A stretch of DNA of 63,813 nucleotides, the filler included, from Octopus bimaculoides (taxonomy: Eukaryota): assembly GCF_001194135.2 (NCBI RefSeq). It is 5 parts of 5 records of this genome, joined end to end, with 100 filler letters (N's around TTAATTAATTAA, not from the genome) between each part and the next. Parts side by side here need not be neighbours in the genome. Positions count along the whole stretch, not along the records: positions 29,204 to 41,312 come from NC_069008.1; positions 41,413 to 60,501 come from NC_068984.1; 3 more parts are not named here. One strand, given 5' to 3'. The notes below the pieces were generated by a model that had not been told where the DNA came from, did no database searches, and saw only the letters and a list, made by a program, of their open reading frames with translations. Below, piece by piece: positions 39,487 through 50,453 of the stretch. The position numbers and the translations under genes were made by a program. Positions within the stretch are counted from its first letter, which is position 1. Each line of letters starts with the position of its first letter.

Positions 39487-41118
39487 GTTTGTATGTATGT
39501 ATATCTTTGTTGGTGAAGGCTTGCCGGCTGCTATGAGACGTTGATTGGTGGTTTCGTTGCCCGTGGCATGGTGGACATGACTGGAGGAGTCTCCGAATGC
39601 TTCTTCATTAATGCCGATGACCCCAACCCTACAGAAACATTCCAGATGATGACAAGAATGGCCACCATGCAGTCAATGTTTTCTTGTGCCATTGTAAGTA
39701 TATTTTTCTGTGTCTTTCTATACTTTGTGTGTGTGTGTGTGTGTGTGTTTCTAATATAACAGCATCCATATATATATACATATCCACATGTAAACTGCAA
39801 CTGTACCATTGGCACGTAAAAAGCACCCAGCTATAAGACCACCTTTCTATTTATAAATGTCTTAGGAACATCAGTTGCATTCACCTTGTTATCTTATTTT
39901 ATTTTGTTCAGGTTTGTGTATATTCTCTTACAGTTTCTGATGACTAAGTTATCGATTATGAGCTGATCCTTCATTCCCCAGTTCCTTTTGCGGCACCCTT
40001 TCTGTTCCATAGGCAGCAGCCTACATTTTCTAAATAATATGCAGCTCACCGGCCAAAACACCCAAAGTCTCTTTTTTTAGTGTTCCGGTGCTACCAATAT
40101 AGTGCTCTCGGTCTGTTTTCCCATTATTATTATTATTATTGAGTGAGAGAGCCGTGTCTGCTATCAAAGTGATACTGGGGTACAAATACACGAAGCCTGT
40201 TATACCCATCATGACTACCCGTCTGATAAGGGTACACCAGGCACATGCATCACAGCCGTATGTGCGCGACATGATCTCATATCAAAATAAACGGCACCTT
40301 GCAGATGGGGCCCAATTAGAATTTTGTTCAGGTCGAATAGCCCATTCTGCTCAAAAGGTCCCTGAATAAGGTTTGTTTAAGGATGTTGAACAAAACGCCC
40401 ATGTTTCCAAAGGTGAATTATTCAAACCCCAAAGAATTCCTCTCAACACAAGGCTATGATGCTCCCCCACTACTTCTGCTCCTGATCAGAGATGCACATA
40501 TCGTCAGCCACCAAGGGACATGCTTAACTTGTTAAGGTCAAACAACTGACAAGCAAATCTGTGGTATTGAGCAGAATATTTGCTGTAGGCCATCTTTTTA
40601 TACCAAGACAAAACAATGTACTTGATAACACTTCCATTACTATTATTGTTGTTGTTGTTGTTGTTACTTTGCTTTCTTTCTTTATTTCACTTAGCTTGAT
40701 GAGAATTATGAAGTAGAAGGCAAGACAGGTGTAGGTCTTTTTTCATATCATGCTTACAGCATAATAAAACTTGCGAAGGTAAGTTATTAATCTTCTCACC
40801 TTTCTTTACACCTTTCCTTTATCAATTTTAATTAGCAAAACACAAAGCAAAACCAACTGAAGCAGAGCACGAAGTATTTTCTGCCAAACCCAGTTTCTCA
40901 AAATGGCTTCTGAAGTGTCGTCTGTTTTATTTGAAGGGGGAGGAGGAGGAGGAAGAAGGGGGAGGAGTAGGAAGAAGGGGTGAGGAGGAGCGATGTCTGT
41001 ATGTGAGTATAGAGCATTCTTTCTGTTTGCAGGTTCAATACAAAGGAAAGGAGGTGAACCTTATAAAACTGAGAAATCCATGGGGCGAAAAGGAGTGGAA
41101 TGGACCCTGGAGTGATTC
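37139..41118 (+). CDS. CAPN: Calpain gene 2, spliced catalytic CysPc domain (6 exons, partial at both ends)
   Basis: join(37139-37205,38230-38334,39136-39295,39519-39693,40695-40778,41033-41118). Phases are consistent. Motifs: QGELGDCW (catalytic Cys), [22 protein letters not shown] (His), LRNPWG (Asn), WNGPWSD. The symbol is family-level only. Confidence 0.95.
37470..37800 (+). mobile_element. Penelope-like RT fragment inside a calpain 2 intron
   Basis: TYFR...[43 protein letters not shown]...LAFLDI, with frameshifts. Confidence 0.85.
38230..38334 (+). CDS. CAPN: Calpain 2 exon with catalytic Cys (105 bp)
   Basis: cacag/GTGACTGTTGG...GCAG/gtgagt. Encodes [35 protein letters not shown]. Confidence 0.95.
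39136..39295 (+). CDS. CAPN: Calpain 2 exon (160 bp)
   Basis: tgcag/GAATTTTC...GCCAA/gtaag. Encodes [54 protein letters not shown]. Confidence 0.96.
39519..39693 (+). CDS. CAPN: Calpain 2 exon (175 bp)
   Basis: tgaag/GCTTGCC...ATT/gtaagt. Encodes [58 protein letters not shown]. Confidence 0.92.
40695..40778 (+). CDS. CAPN: Calpain 2 exon with catalytic His (84 bp)
   Basis: cacttag/CTTGAT...GCGAAG/gtaagt. Encodes [28 protein letters not shown]. Confidence 0.92.
41033..41118 (+). CDS. CAPN: Calpain 2 exon with catalytic Asn (86 bp)
   Basis: tttgcag/GTTCAA...GATTC/gtaagt. Encodes [29 protein letters not shown]. Confidence 0.96.
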
Positions 41119-41255
41119 GTAAGTAAAACATTCACAAACTGAATACCAGGAATATTCAACCAGGTGGTAATAGTAGAAGCAGCATTATACTTTCACAGAC
41201 ACCCTTTGTACATACACACACACGTGTGTGTGTAAATGTGTTTATGTATACATAC

Positions 41256-41312
<57 letters not shown>

Positions 41313-41412
41313 NNNNNNNNNNNNNNNNNNNNNNNNNNNNNNNNNNNNNNNNNNNNTTAATTAATTAANNNNNNNNNNNNNNNNNNNNNNNNNNNNNNNN
41401 NNNNNNNNNNNN
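41313..41412. other. Assembly spacer (unknown-size gap)
   Basis: 44N-TTAATTAATTAA-44N. Confidence 0.9.
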
Positions 41413-42156
41413 GTTTTAACCTTCTAACTGATTTCCACTGTTTACAGCAGTGCTTGGAAGGAAAGTGTGTAGCATGTGATTGAGGACAGATAATCTGCAT
41501 CAAAGTTTGCCAAAAGCTTGGCGATACCTGCTCAGAGGCATACGCAGAGTTTTCAAAAAGTTTTCATCGTTCTAGACATAATCAAGGATATCTGGTGCAA
41601 CTGAAACCCGAGTGTCTCTTTCGTCAGCTGAAAGCAGTTTTGGCACAAACTTGGCAGACACGCGTCTCATACCCAAATCTTCAGTGATAATAGACTGAAC
41701 TGAACCGTAACTAATTTGCACATACTCTGATAACTCACGGATGGTGATTCGACGATTTCCTCTCATAGCTGCACGCACATCTGCGATGTTTTCCTCGGTT
41801 CTGCTGGTCGCGGGTCTCCCAGAACGTTCGTCAATATCGACATTTTTCGGCCATCTTGGAAACGTCTGAACCACTCGTACACTTGTGTGCGGATCATATT
41901 CTCCTCTCCGTACACTTTCTACAACTCTGCGTTAGGCCTCTGAACAAGAATCGCTATGAGAACTTTCTCAATGATCAAACGCTACACACATTCTCTCCAA
42001 GCACTGCTGTAAACAGCGAAAGTGAGCTAGAATGTTAAAACTTAGTGCGCATGCACAGTAAAGTTCAAGGTCAATCTTTACCAAGTGACTTTTTACTCTG
42101 CGTGTTTTAACTTCCTTACTATGACAACTGTCCGGATACTTATTGATCAGACCTCG
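41413..42156 (-). mobile_element. Mariner-family remnant with inverted duplication of its 5' end
   Basis: Terminus TA/CGAGGTCTGATCAATAAG at 42156. The minus-strand transposase N-terminus has VYEWF.RF, ERSGRP and RRVSAKFVPKLL (WVPHEL-like). 41413-41560 is a + strand copy of the 5' region (QIICIKVCQKLGDTCSEAY). Confidence 0.85.
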
Positions 42157-42199
<43 letters not shown>

Positions 42200-42236
42200 C
42201 TATATATAAAATTTATATATATCTATATATATAAAT

Positions 42237-42885
42237 CTTACTTGGAAGAGGATGCGTGGCGTTCAATCATATAATATAAATGATATATATATGTGCACAT
42301 ATACATACGTATATGTACATACATCTATACGTATATATGTATGCATATGTGGGCACAGGACGACATGAAATGTGTACAACAAAAAAATACGAAGCACGAG
42401 TACATGGAACATGAACTATTCTTTCGAACAACGAAAGACACACATGGAAAACAAAACAAACAGCATTAAGAACGACCCTTCATCAGTTGTTGGCTGTTTT
42501 TCTAGTCTCATATTTCGAGCATTTAACAACAATATACGCTTTCGAACAGTTGCCCCCGCAAAGCAAATTAAATAAAATTTAGGATTTTGCGGAGGGTCAA
42601 AATAGGTAACCCAAACAGGACTATGTGACTGAACGCCACGCATCCTCTTCCAAGTAAGTTTTATCTTAATAATTCTGATGCGCACTCTATATGATCTTTT
42701 TACTCTTTCGTTTTTATCTCTCTTATTCTTTTACCCCCTCTTCTCCCACAATTCTATCCTATAAGTCTGTTACTCTCTCTCCTTCACCCCTCCTCCCTTG
42801 CTCATGTGGCTCCCATGTGACCATCGGCCACCTTTCTTTCTTTCTCTCCGTTGTAGCTGGAACAAGGAAGACGTGTTCTTGTTTA
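42237..42885. mobile_element. Probable Penelope-like terminal repeat with an inverted segment
   Basis: 29-bp inverted repeats at 42237-42265 and 42630-42658. Both halves are homologous to 46812-47503. The PLE assignment is inference from the structure. Confidence 0.55.
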
Positions 42886-45800
42886 TACATACACACACAC
42901 ACATAGGATCTTTCTGTTTGGTTACCAGCGTCAATTTGCGATCGAATTGATTTCACATTCAGTGTAATGATACACTTTTATAGGCTAATGAATGCCATGA
43001 AAATCATTTTCGCCATAAATCAATAGATTTATGTCCACCTTATCGTATCTATAAAAGCTAGCAGCTACGATTAGGACTGAATTACCAATTAAGTAAATTA
43101 AGCGAGCGCAAATCCAACGGCAATGTACAATATTTGCACAACACTAAATCTTAGTAATAAAGAGGTTATTCCCAGAACAGAAGCAAATGGAGAACAAGAT
43201 TGGAGTGTGGCAGTGCAGGTGAATGACGGTTACTTGTCACATGGTTTGGTGTGACGTGAAACATTGAAAGAGTGATGGGAAATTTTGTTCTTGATATGTT
43301 CCGGCAGATTTGAATGTGTTGTATTTCGCTTTTGGGGAATAACTTCTCCCGTCAGACGATGCGTATTGACAGCACACATGACCCAGTCACATTAGGGGAC
43401 TTTGAGACCGATTTGTTGTTGCATGTTGATGTCTGCTATGTAGATAATAAATTATTATGAGACCATAAAACAGCGAGAATCAAAACAACCAGGTGTATAT
43501 TCGTTCTTGATATGTTCCAGCAGATTTGAATGAGAATATGCTAACTGCTGTTGTCGGAGAGCGGCTTCTCCCTTCAGACGATGTGTTGCTGACAACATAC
43601 AAGATTCATCAACGTAGAGGGACTTTGAGATATTTAAATTGTTTCCGGATAATGCGTTTGCTACTTGATATGCATGATCATAAAACTACATTTTTCAGCG
43701 TGATAACAAATTAGAGGACGTTGTAGAAAGAAATTGAGCGAAGGGTGCTCATCGTGGATAACAGAGAAGAGACTGAATATTGTGGGTCCAGTTTGGGGGA
43801 ACTAAATACTCTGGTACCGTCCATATACATGATGCTTTAACTAGGCTACAATGGTAGCCTTCATTGAAATTGTTAGCTTAAAGGCAATATCTTTTGAGTA
43901 AAATAATGGTTTCAAATTTTGATACAAGGTCATCAGTTTTATGGAAGGAGTAAATCGATTACATCGATCCAGAGCTTAGCTATTTCTTATTTTATCGACC
44001 CGAAACATAAAAGGCAACATCGACCTCGGCGGGATTTGAATTCGCCCAACATGGCCGCAGTATAATGACTGAGACAAGTAAAAGATAAAAGATAAAAAAA
44101 AAAAAGATAGCAAAGAGCAAAAATGCTGTTTATTTTATTTTATTTTTACTAAAATAATATTAGTCATTGAGCTAATGTTGTCTTTTACTTACCACATAAT
44201 TACTTCTAATTAGATGTTTGATGTTCACAGCAATAAATATGTTAACTAATTGTTTTTATACAGTTGATGCCCCTGAGTAATTAATTGCAGTGATTTATTG
44301 TTATTATTAAAAACATTATGAAGGCGGCGAGCTGGCAGAATTGTTAGCACGCCGGGCAAAATTTTAAGCGGCATTTCGTCAGTCCTTACGTTCTGAGATC
44401 GAATTCCGCCGAGGTCGATTCTGCCATTCATCTGCAACGATGTGAGGTGACGAGAATGGCTCTTTAGTACCACATCACACGATTGTTACAATAAAAAGGA
44501 ATTGGAATAGTACAAATGAATGCCAGATGTAAAAGAGAGACAACCGCGTAGAATGATAGAACATTTATTGATATGTTAACATGTGTGTTTACAGAATAAT
44601 AACCTTTCTACTATAGGCACAAGGTCTGAAATTTTGGGAGAAATTTTATCGACCTCGAAAGGATGAAAGGCAAAGTCGACCTCGGCGGAATTAGAACTCA
44701 GAACGTAGCGACAGGCGAAATACCGCTAAGAATTTCGTCCAGCGTGCTAACGATTCTGCTAGCTCACCGTCTTATGTATACAGAATAATAAACAGGCCGT
44801 CATGAGAACAAAGTCTATGTGTGCGTGTAGGCATAGATGTATGCGCGTGTGTTAAGTACATTTAAGGATGACGATAAGGAGACAGTGAAAGAATTTATAG
44901 CCATTGAAGTGAGAAGTTCATAGACACAAAAAAGGTAATACCAGTTCGTAGTCAATAGTACACGGTAGTTGAAATACTGTATCAAGAGGTCACGGCCATG
45001 ATGCTGCGCCGGTTACAGGTATATATCATACGTGAAGTTGTGACTGTGATGCTGCTGCCTGGGTCACGTGATACAGGAGTTCATACAGGTTGCATATTCG
45101 CCGTTGATCCGTGGTAAAACAATTCACGAACAGTGAAGTGTTGGAACCTGGGTGAGTTGCTTGCTGATCTGTGTACGTAGAGAAATGATATTGACGACGT
45201 TAAGGACATGATGGTGGCGACGAAGACGGAGGTTGCCATAATGCTGTTGGACAAAGTTGGTAAGTTTCAACGTGTGGTGATGTTTGGCGTTGTCGCTAGA
45301 ACTGGCTGTGTCTTTTTAGTCAGTGGCTAGACCTTAAAAGGTCTGGGACCAGAGACTTAGGAACGATGAAAAGCTAAGTTTTTATAACGATTTGTAGGCT
45401 CAAAACAGGGTAGTAAACAAGCTGTCCCACGTGACCCTATTTAGGGCCTCCGACTGATTATATACGGCACAGAGTAGTGGACACAACGGGACCTAAATAG
45501 TGACCAAAGGCTAGCTGTTCCCTGCTACGTTCGAATGCACGTATACATAATAAATGGAAGAGAGGAATTTCACCCGAGTCTACGCTACACATCCTTTCGG
45601 GGTCGATAAAACAAGTAGTAGTTGAGTACTGGAGTCGATGCAATCGACTATCCCTTCCTCAAAAATTTCAGGCCTTGTGCCTTTATTGACACGAAATATA
45701 CTTTGGGGATGGATATTTCTACATCAGTCTTAACACCTAACACTATGTGCTCTCTATATAGGTGGACTTGTATGTTTGTAAATAGGTTTGTACCATAAGT

Positions 45801-46204
45801 TCTCAGTTTGGCTTACAACTAAATCTCCGTTTTGAACTACAACTGGAAAGTGTGATGTTGAGACTGCATATATATATATATATATATATANNNNNNNNNN
45901 NNNNNNNNNNNNNNNNNNNNNNNNNNNNNNNNNNNNNNNNNNNNNNNNNNNNNNNNNNNNNNNNNNNNNNNNNNNNNNNNNNNNNNNNNNNNNNNNNNNN
46001 NNNNNNNNNNNNNNNNNNNNNNNNNNNNNNNNNNNNNNNNNNNNNNNNNNNNNNNNTATATCAACAATAAAATACATAAAACAATAAAATAAATGTATTT
46101 TCAAATCCAGTCTAATTTCTTCAATAATTTCCATTCCACTACATACGTAAATATGTCTAACAAATATACAATTATTCTATATTAGTAATTTCTATGTTAT
46201 TTTG

Positions 46205-46400
46205 GCTGCAACGTCTGCTGTTTTCTAAATTGCTCTCGAGATGCTTTAAAATAAGATAATCTTTATTTGTCTTGTCAGCATGAAATTTTTCTTATCTTGA
46301 AGGTTTTATAGATTCATTGGAAAACACTTTTCGACAAATTAGGTGCATTTGTAGGTGACTGGGTAAAGCCATATCATAAATATTCGATTCAGTTGCTGCT
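46205..46400 (-). mobile_element. Inverted fragment of the same Charlie-type transposase 5' region
   Basis: Its reverse complement aligns by eye with 47628-47828. Confidence 0.7.
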
Positions 46401-46811
46401 GACAGGATAATCAAGTCTCAGGAAAATTTTAATATTTTCGATGATTTTTTTTTTAATCGTCAATTTAGTTTGAAAAGTATACATTTTAATTATTTTGGGT
46501 GTTTAAAGTTTCTTTGTGTTGTTTAGGTTTTACTTCGGTGAAACTTGCCCAACGGTTGTCGATTTAAGGAAATGGATTAGGCGAGAAGGCGAGTTACTTA
46601 TAGACGCCTTCTTAATGTAGAGAGCTAAGAAATTTTAAGTAAATAAAATTATACTCGCTGTGTAAAGAAATAAACATTGGTTTTAATGATAAATAGAGGT
46701 GTATGAGTTAGTGGTTAGATTGTTGGACTCATGAGCGTAAGATAGTGGTTTCGATTCCTGCTCCGGGCGATGCGTTGTGTTCTTGAGGAAAACACTTCAT
46801 TTCACGTTGCT

Positions 46812-47503
46812 TAATAATTCTGATGCGCACTCTATACGATCTTTTTACTCTTTCATTTTTCTCTCTCTTATTCTTTTACCTCCTCTTCTCCCACTATTCT
46901 ATCCTGTTACTCTCTCTCCCTCACTCCTCCTCTCTTGCTCATGTGGCTCCCACGTAACCATCGGCCATCTTTCTTTTTTCTTCTAACTTATGTTTCTTTC
47001 TCTCCGTTGTAGCTGGAACAAGGAAGACGTGTTCTTGTCTGTCTCCTGTACAAGCTTGATTTACGTGTTCGCAACCACGACCTCGTTTAGGCTTAGCAGC
47101 CCTTCCTGTTTGTTTTCACTGTCCTGTTTGTGTTAGTAATTTTGACCCTCCGCAAAATCCCAAATTTTATTTAATTTGCTTTGCGAGAGCAACTGTTTTA
47201 TTGAAAGCGTAAATTGTTGCTAAATGCTCGAAATATGAGAGTATAAAAACAGCCAACAACTGATAAAGAGTCGTTCTTTATGTTGTTTGTCTTGTTTTCC
47301 ATTTGTGTCTTTCGTTGTTCGAAAAAATATACATATTCCATGTACTCGTACTTCGTATTTTTTTGTTGTATACGTTTCATGACGTCCTGTGCTCACGTAT
47401 GCATATATATATGTATAGATGTAAGTATGTATATACACGTATGTATAAATGCATATATATGTTATTTATATTATTATATGATTGAACGCCACGCATCCTC
47501 TTC
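46812..47503 (+). mobile_element. Second copy of the same probable PLE terminal repeat
   Basis: Shares AATAATTCTGATGCGCAC...GGAAGACGTGTTCTTGT and TGAACGCCACGCATCCTCTTC with 42237-42885. Confidence 0.55.
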
Positions 47504-47583
47504 NNNNNNNNNNNNNNNNNNNNNNNNNNNNNNNNNNNNNNNNNNNNNNNNNNNNNNNTATGTATGTATGTATGTATGTATGT

Positions 47584-47614
<31 letters not shown>

Positions 47615-47624
47615 TGTATTTTTT

Positions 47625-49350
47625 TATAAGTCGAATATTTATGATATGGTTCTATTCCGCCGTCATCTACAAATGTACATGATTTGTCGAAAGTTTTTCC
47701 CAATGAATCTATAACTCCTTTAAGATAAGAAAAGAACTTGGAAAAAAAAATACATGCCGACAAGACAAATAAAGATTTTTCTTATTTTTAAGCACTTCGA
47801 GAGCAATTTGTAAAACAGCAGACGTTGTCGAGTGTTTTCATTCTTTCGTAGCAATGCAAAATAAATAAATAAACAAAATTTTTAAAATGATGGGCTACGC
47901 AGCTCATACAAAATTTCATTTCATTATTGATTACCAAATCCAGGAAGCCACATACTATTGGCAAAAATTGATCCTGCCAGCTGTTAGTGAGGTTCTACGT
48001 ACTGTGTTGAACAAACCAAACCAACGACTTACACAATCGATAAAATTCTTTTGAGCGATAGTACAATACAGTGATGAATGTACCAAACAGATAAGAATGT
48101 AGAAGATACATTATGCAATTTTTTGAATACTGTCCGAATTTTGTTACAACTGGAGGAATCAACTCTACGTTACTGAATCTAACGTCAGCTTTGCTTTTAG
48201 CTTACAACAGGTCTATAAGAGAAAAATAATTCGAGCTAAATTTGTCAGACGTTGGTAATAGATACTAAAGGAAAGTGGATATTTTTTGTTGCAGAAAAGT
48301 ATTTCAAAATGCGATTAGTCTTACAAATATAGTAACGACTCTAGAGTTCTGTAGATGGTAAGCTGTCACAGTAAATTCACTGAACATTTAAGACCGTTAG
48401 TGCCAATTGTATTAGCTGCATTGCGTGATTCATCGACAACATTTAATTGCAAAAAAAAAACCGAAGCGATCGCTTGCATCGCTAATAGCAATACCATTAC
48501 AGCACAATTAACAAAAGAAGAAACAACTATCTCAATAAATTGTAATTTAGACATTTGTGCGAACAAAGCAATGAAGAATTAAATTATTAGTATTCTGCAC
48601 TAAAGTTCTCTGGTTGTCGAATGGCGTCTGTCAGAGTTGCTTATGTAGTTTTTTTTTGTTTTTGTTTTTGAGAAAGTTTTAGAATTCTCTGAAAACAAAG
48701 ATATATTCAAGCAAGTTATCTTATCTTCAAGAAGTTCAAAAGTGACGTTGTCTATATGTCAGATATATATTTCGAATTTAATGACTTTAATTTCAATAGA
48801 ACTAAGGCTATTATTTGTGCATTTGTTTCCAATATCATTCTGTTGAAATATATTTGAGACGTGGAGAATTTTATAAATTTCAGAGTCTTTCTGCACTGGG
48901 GGGGGGGGGGCAGAAACATAGATGATAATGTTCAGGTTAAGTGTCAACATTTGGAAACGTCACATAAAGGCTTTTCTGAATGATTTGAAGATATTCTTGC
49001 TCTGAAGATTTCCGATTGGGCTTTGGACCAATTTCTTGAGCTGATAAAACAGGTATGCAAATACAAAAAGAAGTGATTAAATTTATAACCAACAAAGTGT
49101 TGAAGCTCAAATTTCTGAACGGATGCCATCATTTCTGGTTGCTGTACCAAAGTACAGATCTTTAACCCGGATTTCGGCCGCTGTGAAAAAGTTCTTAATT
49201 GCTTTTTCTGTCTTCCTATTTAGTCGAAAAGGGATTTAGTGCTTTTAAGGAATTTTTGAGACGAAGATAAACTGATTACAAATGACCACATAAGGGGATT
49301 GAAGGTTACTGCTTACTAATATTGAGCTGGATGTTGAAAAATCAAAATCA
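47625..49350 (+). pseudogene. Degenerate hAT (Charlie/Buster, ZBED5/SCAND3-like) transposase
   Basis: Fragmented by stops and frameshifts. Recognisable pieces: EYL.YG...NES...H.DKTNKD..YF (BED finger region), DGLR.SY, KPHTIG...ILPAVSEVL, LQL.ESTL, DTKG, and C-terminal LKI.DW, FW, AF.V...GFSA and RG...LLTNIE. Confidence 0.75.
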
Positions 49351-50453
49351 TTACACTATCCTTTACTTAATAAAATAAACCAAGTAATTTTAGATATTTC
49401 TGATAATTATTCTTTCAGTTCTATATTAAATGCTTATATAAAACAATTATTAAGATTCAACTTCAATGGGGCTTTGAAATATGCATGCTCTCAATGGGGT
49501 GGAAGCCCCAAAAGAACAGCATCAATGCACCAGATCTATGCGTTCTGTTGATCACAAAACCGTTCAATCTGAGGGTCCGTTACCTTTATCGTCAAGTCAT
49601 GAATAGTTGTTGATTGTTGTCCATCAGTATTTCTCTTTGCTTTCTTTGTCATACATATATTCATCGACTGTCATTTCTTGACTACGTTATTTTCTATTTT
49701 CGGTTAACTTCGTTATGTCCACTCAAATCGACAAATTGCATTAAAGTCATCAAAATGGAAATATTTCTCGTATGATGGCCATGTTCCAATAAGCCGCTCG
49801 ACTCAATATCACCCTGCACTAAATTGGCAATGTGAAGATTATGCTGATAGCATCTGAAAAAAATCGTAAATCTAAAAATGTAACTATTCCTCTACGAGGA
49901 TCTGTTCTATGTGACGCCTTATGTTTCATTACTGTGTTCATTCACAAATTCAACATACTAACTTCTCTTCACTTTTATTCGTAAATGGCTCCAAGTATGA
50001 GCATTCCAGTCAGGACTCATTTTCTATCTCCCTCACCCCCACTCTCTCTCTCTCTCTCTCTCTGGGAGGGTCTGTTGAAAACATTCATCTGTAATAAAGA
50101 CGAACTTTCACTGTCAAATTTTCAATTGGAATATAATGTTCAATATATTTGTAATCGTTTTCCTTGTGATCCAGAAGATTCCATTAAAATAAGAGACCTG
50201 GCCCAGTCAAGAGATGATGAATGTGCTCAAAAGAAAGTGTTAATATTCCTGGCAATCACTCACATCTTGATAGGTCTAAAACATGACTACTGATGAACCT
50301 GCTGTACAACAACCCTGTCAAACTCTACAAGTTAATGAACTCGCCTCGAACTTCTGGTCACGTCGTTCTATGATACTGAAAGAGATGACGATGATGATGA
50401 TGATGACTATCATCATCATCATTATCATTTTAACGTTCACTTTTTTATGCTCG

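Noticed and set aside
43178-43260. Possible next calpain exon (SSKW... / VQVNDG)
   Set aside because: The acceptor is weak, there are in-frame stops, and the GEFW motif is absent.
45066-45224. About 52-aa minus-strand ORF (MATSVFVATIMSLTSSISFLYVH...) resembling a small secreted peptide
   Set aside because: It is short, has no recognisable family or supporting gene signals, and is compatible with chance.
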